This document shows, piece by piece, positions 55,693 through 64,000 of a stretch of DNA of 64,000 nt. Made by a program: the position numbers and the translations under genes. Source of the DNA: Escherichia coli. GTDB taxonomy: Bacteria; Pseudomonadota; Gammaproteobacteria; Enterobacterales; Enterobacteriaceae. The notes under the pieces were generated by a model. It worked only from the letters and a program-made list of their open reading frames with translations, was not told where the DNA came from and did not search any database. Position 1 is the stretch's first letter, and the number at the start of each line of letters is the position of its first letter. Where the stretch lies: assembly GCF_003334405.1 (NCBI RefSeq), contig NZ_QOWM01000003.1; one strand, given 5' to 3'.

Positions 55693-57741
55693 ATGAACAT
55701 GTTTTTTAGGCTTACCGCGTTAGCTGGCCTGCTTGCAATAGCAGGCCAGACCTTCGCTGTAGAAGATATCACGCGTGCTGATCAAATTCCGGTATTAAAG
55801 GAAGAGACGCAGCATGCGACGGTAAGTGAGCGCGTAACGTCGCGCTTCACCCGTTCTCATTATCGCCAGTTCGACCTCGATCAGGCATTTTCGGCCAAAA
55901 TCTTTGACCGCTACCTGAATCTGCTCGATTACAGCCACAACGTGCTGCTGGCAAGCGATGTTGAACAGTTCGCGAAAAAGAAAACCGAGTTAGGCGATGA
56001 ACTGCGTTCAGGCAAACTCGACGTTTTCTACGATCTCTACAATCTGGCGCAAAAGCGCCGTTTTGAGCGTTACCAGTACGCTTTGTCGGTACTGGAAAAG
56101 CCGATGGATTTCACCGGCAACGACACTTATAACCTTGACCGCAGCAAAGCGCCCTGGCCGAAAAACGAGGCTGAGTTGAACGCGCTGTGGGACAGTAAAG
56201 TCAAATTCGACGAGTTAAGCCTGAAGCTGACAGGAAAAACGGATAAAGAAATTCGTGAAACCCTGACTCGCCGCTACAAATTTGCCATTCGTCGTCTGGC
56301 GCAAACCAACAGCGAAGATGTTTTCTCGCTGGCAATGACGGCGTTTGCGCGTGAAATCGACCCGCATACCAACTATCTTTCCCCGCGTAATACCGAACAG
56401 TTCAACACTGAAATGAGTTTGTCGCTGGAAGGTATTGGCGCAGTGCTGCAAATGGATGATGACTACACCGTTATCAATTCGATGGTGGCAGGTGGTCCGG
56501 CAGCGAAGAGTAAAGCTATCAGCGTTGGTGACAAAATTGTCGGTGTTGGTCAAACAGGCAAGCCGATGGTTGACGTGATTGGCTGGCGTCTTGATGATGT
56601 GGTTGCCTTAATTAAAGGGCCGAAGGGCAGTAAAGTTCGTCTGGAAATTTTACCTGCTGGTAAAGGGACCAAGACCCGTACTGTAACGTTGACCCGTGAA
56701 CGTATTCGTCTCGAAGACCGCGCGGTTAAAATGTCGGTGAAGACCGTCGGTAAAGAGAAAGTCGGCGTGCTGGATATTCCGGGCTTCTATGTGGGTTTGA
56801 CAGACGATGTCAAAGTGCAACTGCAGAAACTGGAAAAACAGAATGTCAGCAGCGTCATCATCGACCTGCGTAGCAATGGCGGTGGGGCGTTAACTGAAGC
56901 CGTATCGCTCTCCGGTCTGTTTATTCCTGCGGGTCCCATTGTTCAGGTCCGCGATAACAACGGCAAGGTTCGTGAAGATAGCGATACCGACGGACAGGTT
57001 TTCTATAAAGGCCCGCTGGTGGTGCTGGTTGACCGCTTCAGTGCTTCGGCTTCAGAAATCTTTGCCGCGGCAATGCAGGATTACGGTCGTGCGCTGGTTG
57101 TGGGTGAACCGACGTTTGGTAAAGGCACCGTTCAGCAATACCGTTCATTGAACCGTATTTACGATCAGATGTTACGTCCTGAATGGCCAGCGCTGGGTTC
57201 TGTGCAGTACACGATCCAGAAATTCTATCGCGTTAACGGCGGCAGTACGCAACGTAAAGGCGTAACGCCAGACATCATCATGCCGACGGGTAATGAAGAA
57301 ACGGAAACGGGTGAGAAATTCGAAGATAACGCGCTGCCGTGGGATAGCATTGATGCCGCGACTTATGTGAAATCAGGAGATTTAACGGCCTTTGAACCGG
57401 AGCTGCTGAAGGAACATAATGCGCGTATCGCGAAAGATCCTGAGTTCCAGAACATCATGAAGGATATCGCGCGCTTCAACGCTATGAAGGACAAGCGCAA
57501 TATCGTTTCTCTGAATTACGCTGTGCGTGAGAAAGAGAATAATGAAGATGATGCGACGCGTCTGGCGCGTTTGAACGAACGCTTTAAACGCGAAGGTAAA
57601 CCGGAGTTGAAGAAACTGGATGATCTACCGAAAGATTACCAGGAGCCGGATCCTTATCTGGATGAGACGGTGAATATCGCACTCGATCTGGCGAAGCTTG
57701 AAAAAGCCAGACCCGCGGAACAACCCGCTCCCGTCAAGTAA
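55693..57741 (+). CDS. prc: Tail-specific protease Prc (Tsp) (682 aa)
   Basis: ORF 55645..57741; start placed at ATG 55693 (MNMFFRLTALAGLLAIAGQTFA signal peptide); PDZ and S41 peptidase regions. Confidence 0.95.
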   Translation: MNMFFRLTALAGLLAIAGQTFAVEDITRADQIPVLKEETQHATVSERVTSRFTRSHYRQFDLDQAFSAKIFDRYLNLLDYSHNVLLASDVEQFAKKKTELGDELRSGKLDVFYDLYNLAQKRRFERYQYALSVLEKPMDFTGNDTYNLDRSKAPWPKNEAELNALWDSKVKFDELSLKLTGKTDKEIRETLTRRYKFAIRRLAQTNSEDVFSLAMTAFAREIDPHTNYLSPRNTEQFNTEMSLSLEGIGAVLQMDDDYTVINSMVAGGPAAKSKAISVGDKIVGVGQTGKPMVDVIGWRLDDVVALIKGPKGSKVRLEILPAGKGTKTRTVTLTRERIRLEDRAVKMSVKTVGKEKVGVLDIPGFYVGLTDDVKVQLQKLEKQNVSSVIIDLRSNGGGALTEAVSLSGLFIPAGPIVQVRDNNGKVREDSDTDGQVFYKGPLVVLVDRFSASASEIFAAAMQDYGRALVVGEPTFGKGTVQQYRSLNRIYDQMLRPEWPALGSVQYTIQKFYRVNGGSTQRKGVTPDIIMPTGNEETETGEKFEDNALPWDSIDAATYVKSGDLTAFEPELLKEHNARIAKDPEFQNIMKDIARFNAMKDKRNIVSLNYAVREKENNEDDATRLARLNERFKREGKPELKKLDDLPKDYQEPDPYLDETVNIALDLAKLEKARPAEQPAPVK

Positions 57742-57932
57742 TATCAATCAGGCACAAGAAATTGTGCCTGATTTTTTAACAGCGACAAGATGCCGTAAAT
57801 CAGATGCTACAAAATGTAAAGTTGTGTCTTTCTGGTGACTTACGCACTATCCAGACTTGAAAATAGTCGCGTAACCCATACGATGTGGGTATCGCATATT
57901 GCGTTTTGTTAAACTGAGGTAAAAAGAAAATT

Positions 57933-58814
57933 ATGATGCGAATCGCGCTCTTCCTGCTAACGAACCTGGCCGTAATGGTCGTTTTCGGGCTGGTACTGAG
58001 CCTGACAGGGATACAGTCGAGCAGCGTTCAGGGGCTGATGATCATGGCCTTGCTGTTCGGTTTTGGTGGTTCCTTCGTTTCGCTTCTGATGTCCAAATGG
58101 ATGGCATTACGATCTGTTGGCGGGGAAGTGATCGAGCAACCGCGTAACGAAAGGGAACGTTGGCTGGTCAATACTGTAGCAACCCAGGCTCGTCAGGCGG
58201 GGATCGCTATGCCGCAAGTGGCTATCTACCATGCGCCGGACATCAACGCTTTTGCAACCGGTGCGCGCCGTGATGCCTCTCTGGTTGCTGTCAGCACCGG
58301 TTTGCTGCAGAACATGAGCCCGGATGAAGCCGAGGCGGTAATTGCTCACGAAATCAGCCACATCGCCAATGGTGATATGGTCACCATGACGCTGATTCAG
58401 GGCGTGGTGAACACCTTCGTTATCTTTATTTCCCGTATTCTGGCGCAGCTTGCCGCGGGTTTTATGGGCGGAAATCGTGATGAAGGTGAAGAGAGCAACG
58501 GCAACCCGCTGATCTACTTTGCGGTTGCAACGGTTCTGGAACTGGTGTTTGGTATTCTGGCGAGCATTATCACCATGTGGTTCTCGCGTCATCGTGAATT
58601 CCATGCTGATGCCGGTTCGGCAAAACTGGTTGGTCGCGAGAAAATGATTGCCGCGCTGCAGCGCCTGAAAACCAGCTATGAACCGCAAGAAGCAACCAGC
58701 ATGATGGCTCTCTGCATTAACGGTAAGTCGAAATCGCTCAGTGAGTTGTTCATGACCCACCCGCCGCTGGATAAACGAATTGAAGCTCTGCGTACGGGTG
58801 AATACCTGAAGTAA
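57933..58814 (+). CDS. htpX: Membrane zinc metalloprotease HtpX (293 aa)
   Basis: 293-aa [29 protein letters not shown] with HEISH zinc-binding motif ([10 protein letters not shown]). Confidence 0.95.
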   Translation: MMRIALFLLTNLAVMVVFGLVLSLTGIQSSSVQGLMIMALLFGFGGSFVSLLMSKWMALRSVGGEVIEQPRNERERWLVNTVATQARQAGIAMPQVAIYHAPDINAFATGARRDASLVAVSTGLLQNMSPDEAEAVIAHEISHIANGDMVTMTLIQGVVNTFVIFISRILAQLAAGFMGGNRDEGEESNGNPLIYFAVATVLELVFGILASIITMWFSRHREFHADAGSAKLVGREKMIAALQRLKTSYEPQEATSMMALCINGKSKSLSELFMTHPPLDKRIEALRTGEYLK

Positions 58815-58830
58815 TATGAAGTAAATACTA

Positions 58831-58862
58831 AAAAGCGCGTCCTGATCGACGCGCTTTTTTTA
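58831..58862. terminator. Bidirectional terminator between convergent htpX and yebQ
   Basis: aaaaagcgcgtcctgatcgacgcgcttttttt. Confidence 0.7.
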
Positions 58863-60233
58863 TGCCCTGGATCGTGGCTGAGTGATACGTAAACCACTGA
58901 CACAGGCAGCAATCACTGCCAGAATAGCCGCAGCCATCAGCGAGACGTGTGTACCATTATCTCCAAACTGATTTAGCATCAGCGCCACCAGCGCCGCGCC
59001 GCTACTCTGACCCAGTAGACGAGCCGTTCCTAACATGCCACTGGCTCCACCGCTACGTTCGCGAGGCGCGGAGGTAATAATGGTGTGGTTATTGGGTGAC
59101 TGGAATAAGCCAAATCCAGCACCACATAAGATCATCGGCCAGATAATATTGATATCCGCAGGTGACGCGGGCAGCAGAACCAGGGAAAAAAGCCCCGCAG
59201 CCATGATGAACAACCCTAAAGCCCCCAGCAATCCTGCATGTACGCGTTCAATCAAATAGCCTGCCAGCGGAGCCATCACCATCGTTGCTAACGGCCACGG
59301 TGTCAGAAGTAAACCTGTTTCGACTTCACTACGCCCGAGCACGGTTTGCAGGTAAAAGGGCAGGGAAACCATTGCCAGCATTTGTGCGCAGAAAGAGCAA
59401 ACAGATGTGCAAATAGAAAGTGAAAACAGCGGGATACGCAGTAAATCCACCGGTAGCAGCGGTACGGGAAGAGAAAGCTGGCGGCGAATAAAGAAAATAC
59501 CAACAACAACCATTACCACCAGTTCCGCAGCAATTAACGTCAGCGATTGCCCCTGAGCGAAACCACTCAACGCAGTGATAAGCAGGCCGAAGGTTAACGC
59601 GTTCATCACGGCGCTGGGCAGGTCGAAACGGGGTTTACTGGCGCGAGAACCATTGGGTGGCAGAAAACGCATCGCCAGAAGCAGGGCGATAATACCTAAC
59701 GGTACGTTGATTAAAAATAACCATTTCCAGGATGCGATGGAGAGGATTGCTGCAGCAATTGTCGGCCCGGCAGCAGAAGAGACGGCAACAATAAACGAGT
59801 TTATGCCCATCCCTCTACCCAGAAAACGTTGTGGATAGATCAGGCGGATAAGTGCGGTATTAACGCTCATCAACGCTGCACCGCCGAAACCTTGTATGAC
59901 ACGCGCAAGGGTGAGCATTTGCAGCGAATCAGAAAGGGCGCAGAACAGTGAAGACAACAGAAAAACGACCAGACCGCATTTATAAATACGTCGATAGCCA
60001 AACATATCGCCCAGAAACGAAAACGAGAGCAGGGAGATGACAATGGCGATTTGATAGGCGTTCACTACCCAGATGGAACTGGCTGGCGTGGCATGAAGGT
60101 CCGTGGCGATTGTTGGCAGGGCGACGTTGGCGATTGCGCCGTCAAGGACGGCCATCGAAATACCAATCACAATGGTTAATATCGCACCGTATCGCTGGGG
60201 CAATGGCAGGCCGTCGGCCTGAACTTTTGGCAT
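58860..60233 (-). CDS. yebQ: MFS transporter YebQ (457 aa)
   Basis: ORF 58860..60344; start placed at ATG 60233 (MPKVQADGLPLPQRYGAILTIVIGISMAVLDGAIANVALPTIA); 12-14 TM drug/H+ antiporter-like. Confidence 0.88.
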   Translation of the reverse strand: MPKVQADGLPLPQRYGAILTIVIGISMAVLDGAIANVALPTIATDLHATPASSIWVVNAYQIAIVISLLSFSFLGDMFGYRRIYKCGLVVFLLSSLFCALSDSLQMLTLARVIQGFGGAALMSVNTALIRLIYPQRFLGRGMGINSFIVAVSSAAGPTIAAAILSIASWKWLFLINVPLGIIALLLAMRFLPPNGSRASKPRFDLPSAVMNALTFGLLITALSGFAQGQSLTLIAAELVVMVVVGIFFIRRQLSLPVPLLPVDLLRIPLFSLSICTSVCSFCAQMLAMVSLPFYLQTVLGRSEVETGLLLTPWPLATMVMAPLAGYLIERVHAGLLGALGLFIMAAGLFSLVLLPASPADINIIWPMILCGAGFGLFQSPNNHTIITSAPRERSGGASGMLGTARLLGQSSGAALVALMLNQFGDNGTHVSLMAAAILAVIAACVSGLRITQPRSRA

Positions 60234-60409
60234 AGGAATTTTATATCTTTGGTGAATAATCAACAGGGGTATGATTCTAGCACTGATATTCACGGTGGAT
60301 GTCGCAGAATTGTAACTAACCGGCAAAAGATGGATTGCGACCACCCTGGTGCGAAATTATAATAAAAAACAGTTCTGATTTTTATAAAACACTCGCAATG
60401 AGGTGATAA

Positions 60410-61201
60410 ATGGCTAACGCAGATCTGGATAAACAGCCTGATTCTGTATCTTCCGTGCTAAAAGTTTTTGGCATTTTGCAGGCGCTGGGTGAAGAGCGCG
60501 AAATAGGGATAACCGAGCTGTCGCAGCGCGTCATGATGTCAAAAAGCACCGTTTATCGCTTTTTACAGACCATGAAAACCTTAGGTTATGTGGCGCAGGA
60601 AGGGGAGTCGGAGAAATATTCCCTGACCCTGAAATTGTTTGAACTGGGCGCTCGCGCGTTACAAAACGTCGATTTAATTCGTAGCGCAGATATCCAGATG
60701 CGTGAGCTCTCCCGCCTGACCAAAGAAACTATCCACCTCGGCGCACTGGACGAAGACAGTATTGTTTACATTCACAAAATTGACTCTATGTACAATTTGC
60801 GCATGTATTCACGGATTGGGCGTCGTAATCCGCTGTACAGCACCGCGATTGGTAAGGTACTGCTGGCATGGCGCGATCGCGATGAAGTGAAGCAAATTCT
60901 TGAGGGCGTGGAGTATAAACGCAGTACCGAGCGGACCATCACCAGTACAGAAGCGTTATTACCCGTTCTGGACCAGGTGCGCGAGCAGGGGTATGGCGAA
61001 GATAATGAAGAGCAGGAAGAAGGGCTGCGATGCATTGCGGTACCGGTATTTGATCGCTTTGGCGTGGTCATTGCCGGTTTGAGCATCTCCTTCCCGACGT
61101 TGCGTTTCTCTGAAGAGCGTTTACAGGAATATGTCGCAATGTTGCATACCGCAGCGCGCAAAATTTCTGCCCAAATGGGTTATCACGACTATCCGTTCTG
61201 A
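60410..61201 (+). CDS. kdgR: IclR-family transcriptional regulator KdgR (263 aa)
   Basis: 263-aa ORF MANADLDKQPDSVSSVLKVFGILQALGEEREIGITELSQRVMMSKSTVYRFLQTM. Confidence 0.93.
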   Translation: MANADLDKQPDSVSSVLKVFGILQALGEEREIGITELSQRVMMSKSTVYRFLQTMKTLGYVAQEGESEKYSLTLKLFELGARALQNVDLIRSADIQMRELSRLTKETIHLGALDEDSIVYIHKIDSMYNLRMYSRIGRRNPLYSTAIGKVLLAWRDRDEVKQILEGVEYKRSTERTITSTEALLPVLDQVREQGYGEDNEEQEEGLRCIAVPVFDRFGVVIAGLSISFPTLRFSEERLQEYVAMLHTAARKISAQMGYHDYPF

Positions 61202-61209
61202 TGAGAGTA

Positions 61210-61247
61210 AGAACCTGTCGGAATATCAAACAGACAGGTTCTTTATT
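61210..61247. terminator. Terminator between convergent kdgR and yobH
   Basis: gaacctgtcggaatatcaaacagacaggttc followed by tttattt. Confidence 0.6.
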
Positions 61248-61344
61248 TAGCATGAGAAAAATAAAGTTGAAGGTGGCGTTATATTAAACGCGCTTGCTAT
61301 AAGAGTATTTTACTCAGGAGTGAGAATCTGGTTATTTATTGCCC

Positions 61345-61584
61345 TTAACCATTATCGACCACGATATTGCTTTTGCGTAACAGCGGGCAATCTGTTATCC
61401 CCAAAAAACCACTTTTAGTGTGCAAGTATTGTACCGTGCTGGTGCCTCTGGCAGTCAGATAGGTACATTGCAAACCTAATCCTGCGGCATTCTCTTTGCT
61501 TCCAATCAAAACGCCATATCCGCTGAGTAATAATCCTATCCATACCAGTGCTATCAGCATAACTGTGCGAATGATGAATCGCAT
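61345..61584 (-). CDS. yobH: Small membrane/exported protein YobH (79 aa)
   Basis: 79-aa ORF MRFIIRTVMLIALVWIGLLLSGYGVLIGS. Confidence 0.8.
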   Translation of the reverse strand: MRFIIRTVMLIALVWIGLLLSGYGVLIGSKENAAGLGLQCTYLTARGTSTVQYLHTKSGFLGITDCPLLRKSNIVVDNG

Positions 61585-61742
61585 TACAACCTCTTCTCTT
61601 TTTATGTTCGCTTAATCGTAGCGGCAATATGCGCTGAAGCAAGCGACTCATTCCGAAAAAGCACGAATATCGACATAGTTAGGCGCTGTTTAACTAACGC
61701 ATGCTAGTTTAATGACATAAGGTAGGTGAAACGGAGATTGGA

Positions 61743-61886
61743 GTGAAAAAGTTTCGATGGGTCGTTCTGGTTGTCGTGGTGTTGGCTTGCTTGCTGCTTT
61801 GGGCGCAGGTATTCAACATGATGTGCGATCAGGATGTACAATTTTTCAGCGGAATTTGTGCCATTAACCAGTTTATCCCGTGGTGA
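61743..61886 (+). CDS. mgrB: PhoQ feedback inhibitor MgrB (47 aa small membrane protein), GTG start; not in the ORF track
   Basis: Manual translation from GTG 61743: (M)[46 protein letters not shown] then TGA; matches MgrB as recalled; a TGTTTA hexamer lies about 55 nt upstream. Confidence 0.88.
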
Positions 61887-61960
61887 TATCATTTTTTCAG
61901 CACTAGATTTTCTTCCTCTCCAGCAGTGGTAGAATAGCGCCTCTACTCAGAGGTGGTGAA

Positions 61961-62248
61961 ATGAACGAAGTTGTAAATTCAGGCGTGATGAACATTGCGT
62001 CTTTGGTTGTATCGGTGGTGGTTCTTCTTATCGGGCTCATCTTGTGGTTTTTTATCAATCGTGCCAGTTCACGGACTAACGAACAGATTGAACTGCTTGA
62101 GGCGTTGCTGGATCAGCAAAAACGTCAAAATGCACTGTTACGTCGTTTGTGCGAAGCAAACGAACCAGAGAAAGCAGATAAAAAGACCGTTGAGAGTCAA
62201 AAATCGGTTGAAGACGAAGATATTATTCGTCTGGTCGCCGAACGATAA
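61961..62248 (+). CDS. yebO: Small membrane protein YebO (95 aa)
   Basis: 95-aa ORF MNEVVNSGVMNIASLVVSVVVLLIGLILWFFINRASS. Confidence 0.85.
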   Translation: MNEVVNSGVMNIASLVVSVVVLLIGLILWFFINRASSRTNEQIELLEALLDQQKRQNALLRRLCEANEPEKADKKTVESQKSVEDEDIIRLVAER

Positions 62249-62917
62249 TCCTTCCTCAATCTTGAGTAACCCCGTCGTTGAAGGGTTACTCAATTCATCC
62301 TGATTATACGCACTGTCATGGTGCAACTGCTTCAAATTAAAACTCTGGTCTGACTTCAAATAATTATCATATTATTTATTTGCGTAACGGGATATCAGAA
62401 AAAGATATTTACCCCATTAATTTATTAGGATGTTTACATCGGATTTGTGATTAAGCGTGGTATTATTTATTAGCGAAACGTTTCTCTCTTGATTTTTTTG
62501 CTCATTCATCAATTTTTCTTATTTTAAATTTACAATCCCTTTGGGGATTGACTTCTCTTTAGGGTAATTAATAGCCGTTAACTGACTGTTTTATGAGAAA
62601 AAGTGATATAACTTTTTATTCATTGCATAGCAAAAAATGTGATATTGCACGCACTATGTAATAACTTCTCCCACTGGCCTGGAACAACTGAACTTATTGA
62701 ACTATGTTAGAAAATACGCCAGTTTAAGTATCTGCCTGAACTGGCAAGGTTAAGCACAATGATATATCGGCGCGTATTCCGTTGCATAAGTGTGCAAAAA
62801 AAGTGGAAGACGTATCGAGATTTGTGCGTCTGATCGAGACATGTTTAAAAATGGCTTGCCATAATTAACGTTGTATGTGATAACAGATTTCGGGTTAAAC
62901 GAGGTACAGTTCTGTTT

Positions 62918-63061
62918 ATGTGTGGCATTTTCAGTAAAGAAGTCCTGAGTAAACACGTTGACGTTGAATACCGCTTCTCTGCCGAGCCTTATATTGGTGC
63001 CTCATGCAGTAATGTGTCAGTTTTATCTATGTTATGCCTGCGGGCGAAGAAAACAATCTAA
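62918..63061 (+). CDS. yobF: Small protein YobF (47 aa), co-transcribed with cspC; not in the ORF track
   Basis: Manual translation from ATG 62918: [47 protein letters not shown] then TAA, 12 nt upstream of cspC. Confidence 0.85.
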
Positions 63062-63073
63062 GGAATTTTTCAA

Positions 63074-63283
63074 ATGGCAAAGATTAAAGGTCAGGTTAAG
63101 TGGTTCAACGAGTCTAAAGGTTTTGGCTTCATTACTCCGGCTGATGGCAGCAAAGATGTGTTCGTACACTTCTCCGCTATCCAGGGTAATGGCTTCAAAA
63201 CTCTGGCTGAAGGTCAGAACGTTGAGTTCGAAATTCAGGACGGCCAGAAAGGTCCGGCAGCTGTTAACGTAACAGCTATCTGA
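63074..63283 (+). CDS. cspC: Cold-shock-domain protein CspC (69 aa)
   Basis: 69-aa [72 protein letters not shown]. Confidence 0.97.
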
Positions 63284-63328
63284 TCGAATCCACTGATCTG
63301 AAGTGTGAATACGCTTCAATCTCGCTAT

Positions 63329-63355
63329 AAAGCCTCGTCGAATGCGAGGCTTTTT
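63329..63355 (+). terminator. Intrinsic terminator after cspC
   Basis: aaagcctcg-tcgaatg-cgaggc followed by ttttt. Confidence 0.75.
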
Positions 63356-63448
63356 ACTATGCTTTATCTTCGCTCCTGGCGTTCGGATATTTGCCCGCCG
63401 CGTGATTCGCGTTACACTTGCGGCCTTTAGTATCCTGCCGGAGTTGTC

Positions 63449-64000
63449 ATGTCTTTTTCCTGTCCACTTTGCCATCAGCCTCTTTCGCGTGAAAAAAACA
63501 GCTATATCTGTCCCCAGCGACATCAGTTTGATATGGCGAAAGAAGGGTATGTCAATCTGCTGCCCGTTCAGCATAAACGGTCTCGTGATCCGGGCGACAG
63601 CGCGGAAATGATGCAAGCACGCCGCGCATTCTTAGATGCCGGACATTATCAGCCGCTGCGTGATGCAATTGTCGCCCAACTGAGGGAACGGCTTGATGAT
63701 AAGGCCACGGCGGTGCTGGATATTGGCTGTGGTGAAGGGTATTACACACACGCATTTGCCGATGCGTTGCCCGAAATCACCACGTTTGGTCTGGATGTTT
63801 CGAAGGTAGCGATAAAAGCGGCGGCGAAACGCTATCCGCAGGTCACTTTTTGTGTCGCTTCCAGCCACCGTTTGCCGTTTTCCGATACCAGTATGGACGC
63901 CATAATACGTATTTACGCGCCGTGTAAAGCAGAAGAATTAGCACGAGTAGTGAAGCCCGGCGGCTGGGTCATTACTGCCACGCCGGGACCGCGACATTTG
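63449..64000 (+). CDS. rlmA: 23S rRNA m1G745 methyltransferase RlmA (RrmA), N-terminal 184 aa; 3' end outside the window
   Basis: Open frame from ATG 63449 to the window end: [50 protein letters not shown] (Cys4 zinc finger) then SAM-binding motif [10 protein letters not shown]; absent from the ORF track because no stop occurs inside the window. Confidence 0.85.

Overview
This window looks like ordinary, well-characterised Escherichia coli core chromosome, collinear with the K-12 segment running tap-cheRBYZ-flhBAE through to cspC-rlmA, presented in reverse orientation to conventional K-12 numbering. I found no novel or undescribed system, and no rRNA, tRNA, CRISPR array, IS element or prophage. 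All calls rest on reading the six-frame translations and the raw sequence and recognising the products from memory; no database search or alignment was run, and start codons and sRNA ends are approximate. The window holds about 65 protein-coding genes: chemotaxis (tap 3' part, cheR, cheB, cheY, cheZ), flagellar export (flhB, flhA, flhE), argS, cutC, torYZ, cmoAB, aspS, nudB, yebC, ruvCAB, znuACB, mepM, lpxM, pykA, hexR, zwf, edd-eda, purT, yebGF, ptrB, exoX, holE, copCD-like yobA-yebZ, pphA, rsmF, letAB, msrC, proQ, prc, htpX, kdgR, mgrB, cspC and a 5' fragment of rlmA. Three genes missing from the ORF track were recovered by eye: mgrB (47 aa), yobF (47 aa) and the rlmA fragment running off the window end. 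Known sRNA loci (MicL inside cutC, SdsR/RyeA between yebY and pphA), REP/BIME repeats, several terminators and operator sites (LexA, Zur, PurR, GntR-like) are recognisable. The one genuine anomaly is torZ: its 809-codon frame is intact but carries two in-frame stop codons (TAG at 14297-14299, TGA at 15464-15466), while the co-operonic torY is intact.
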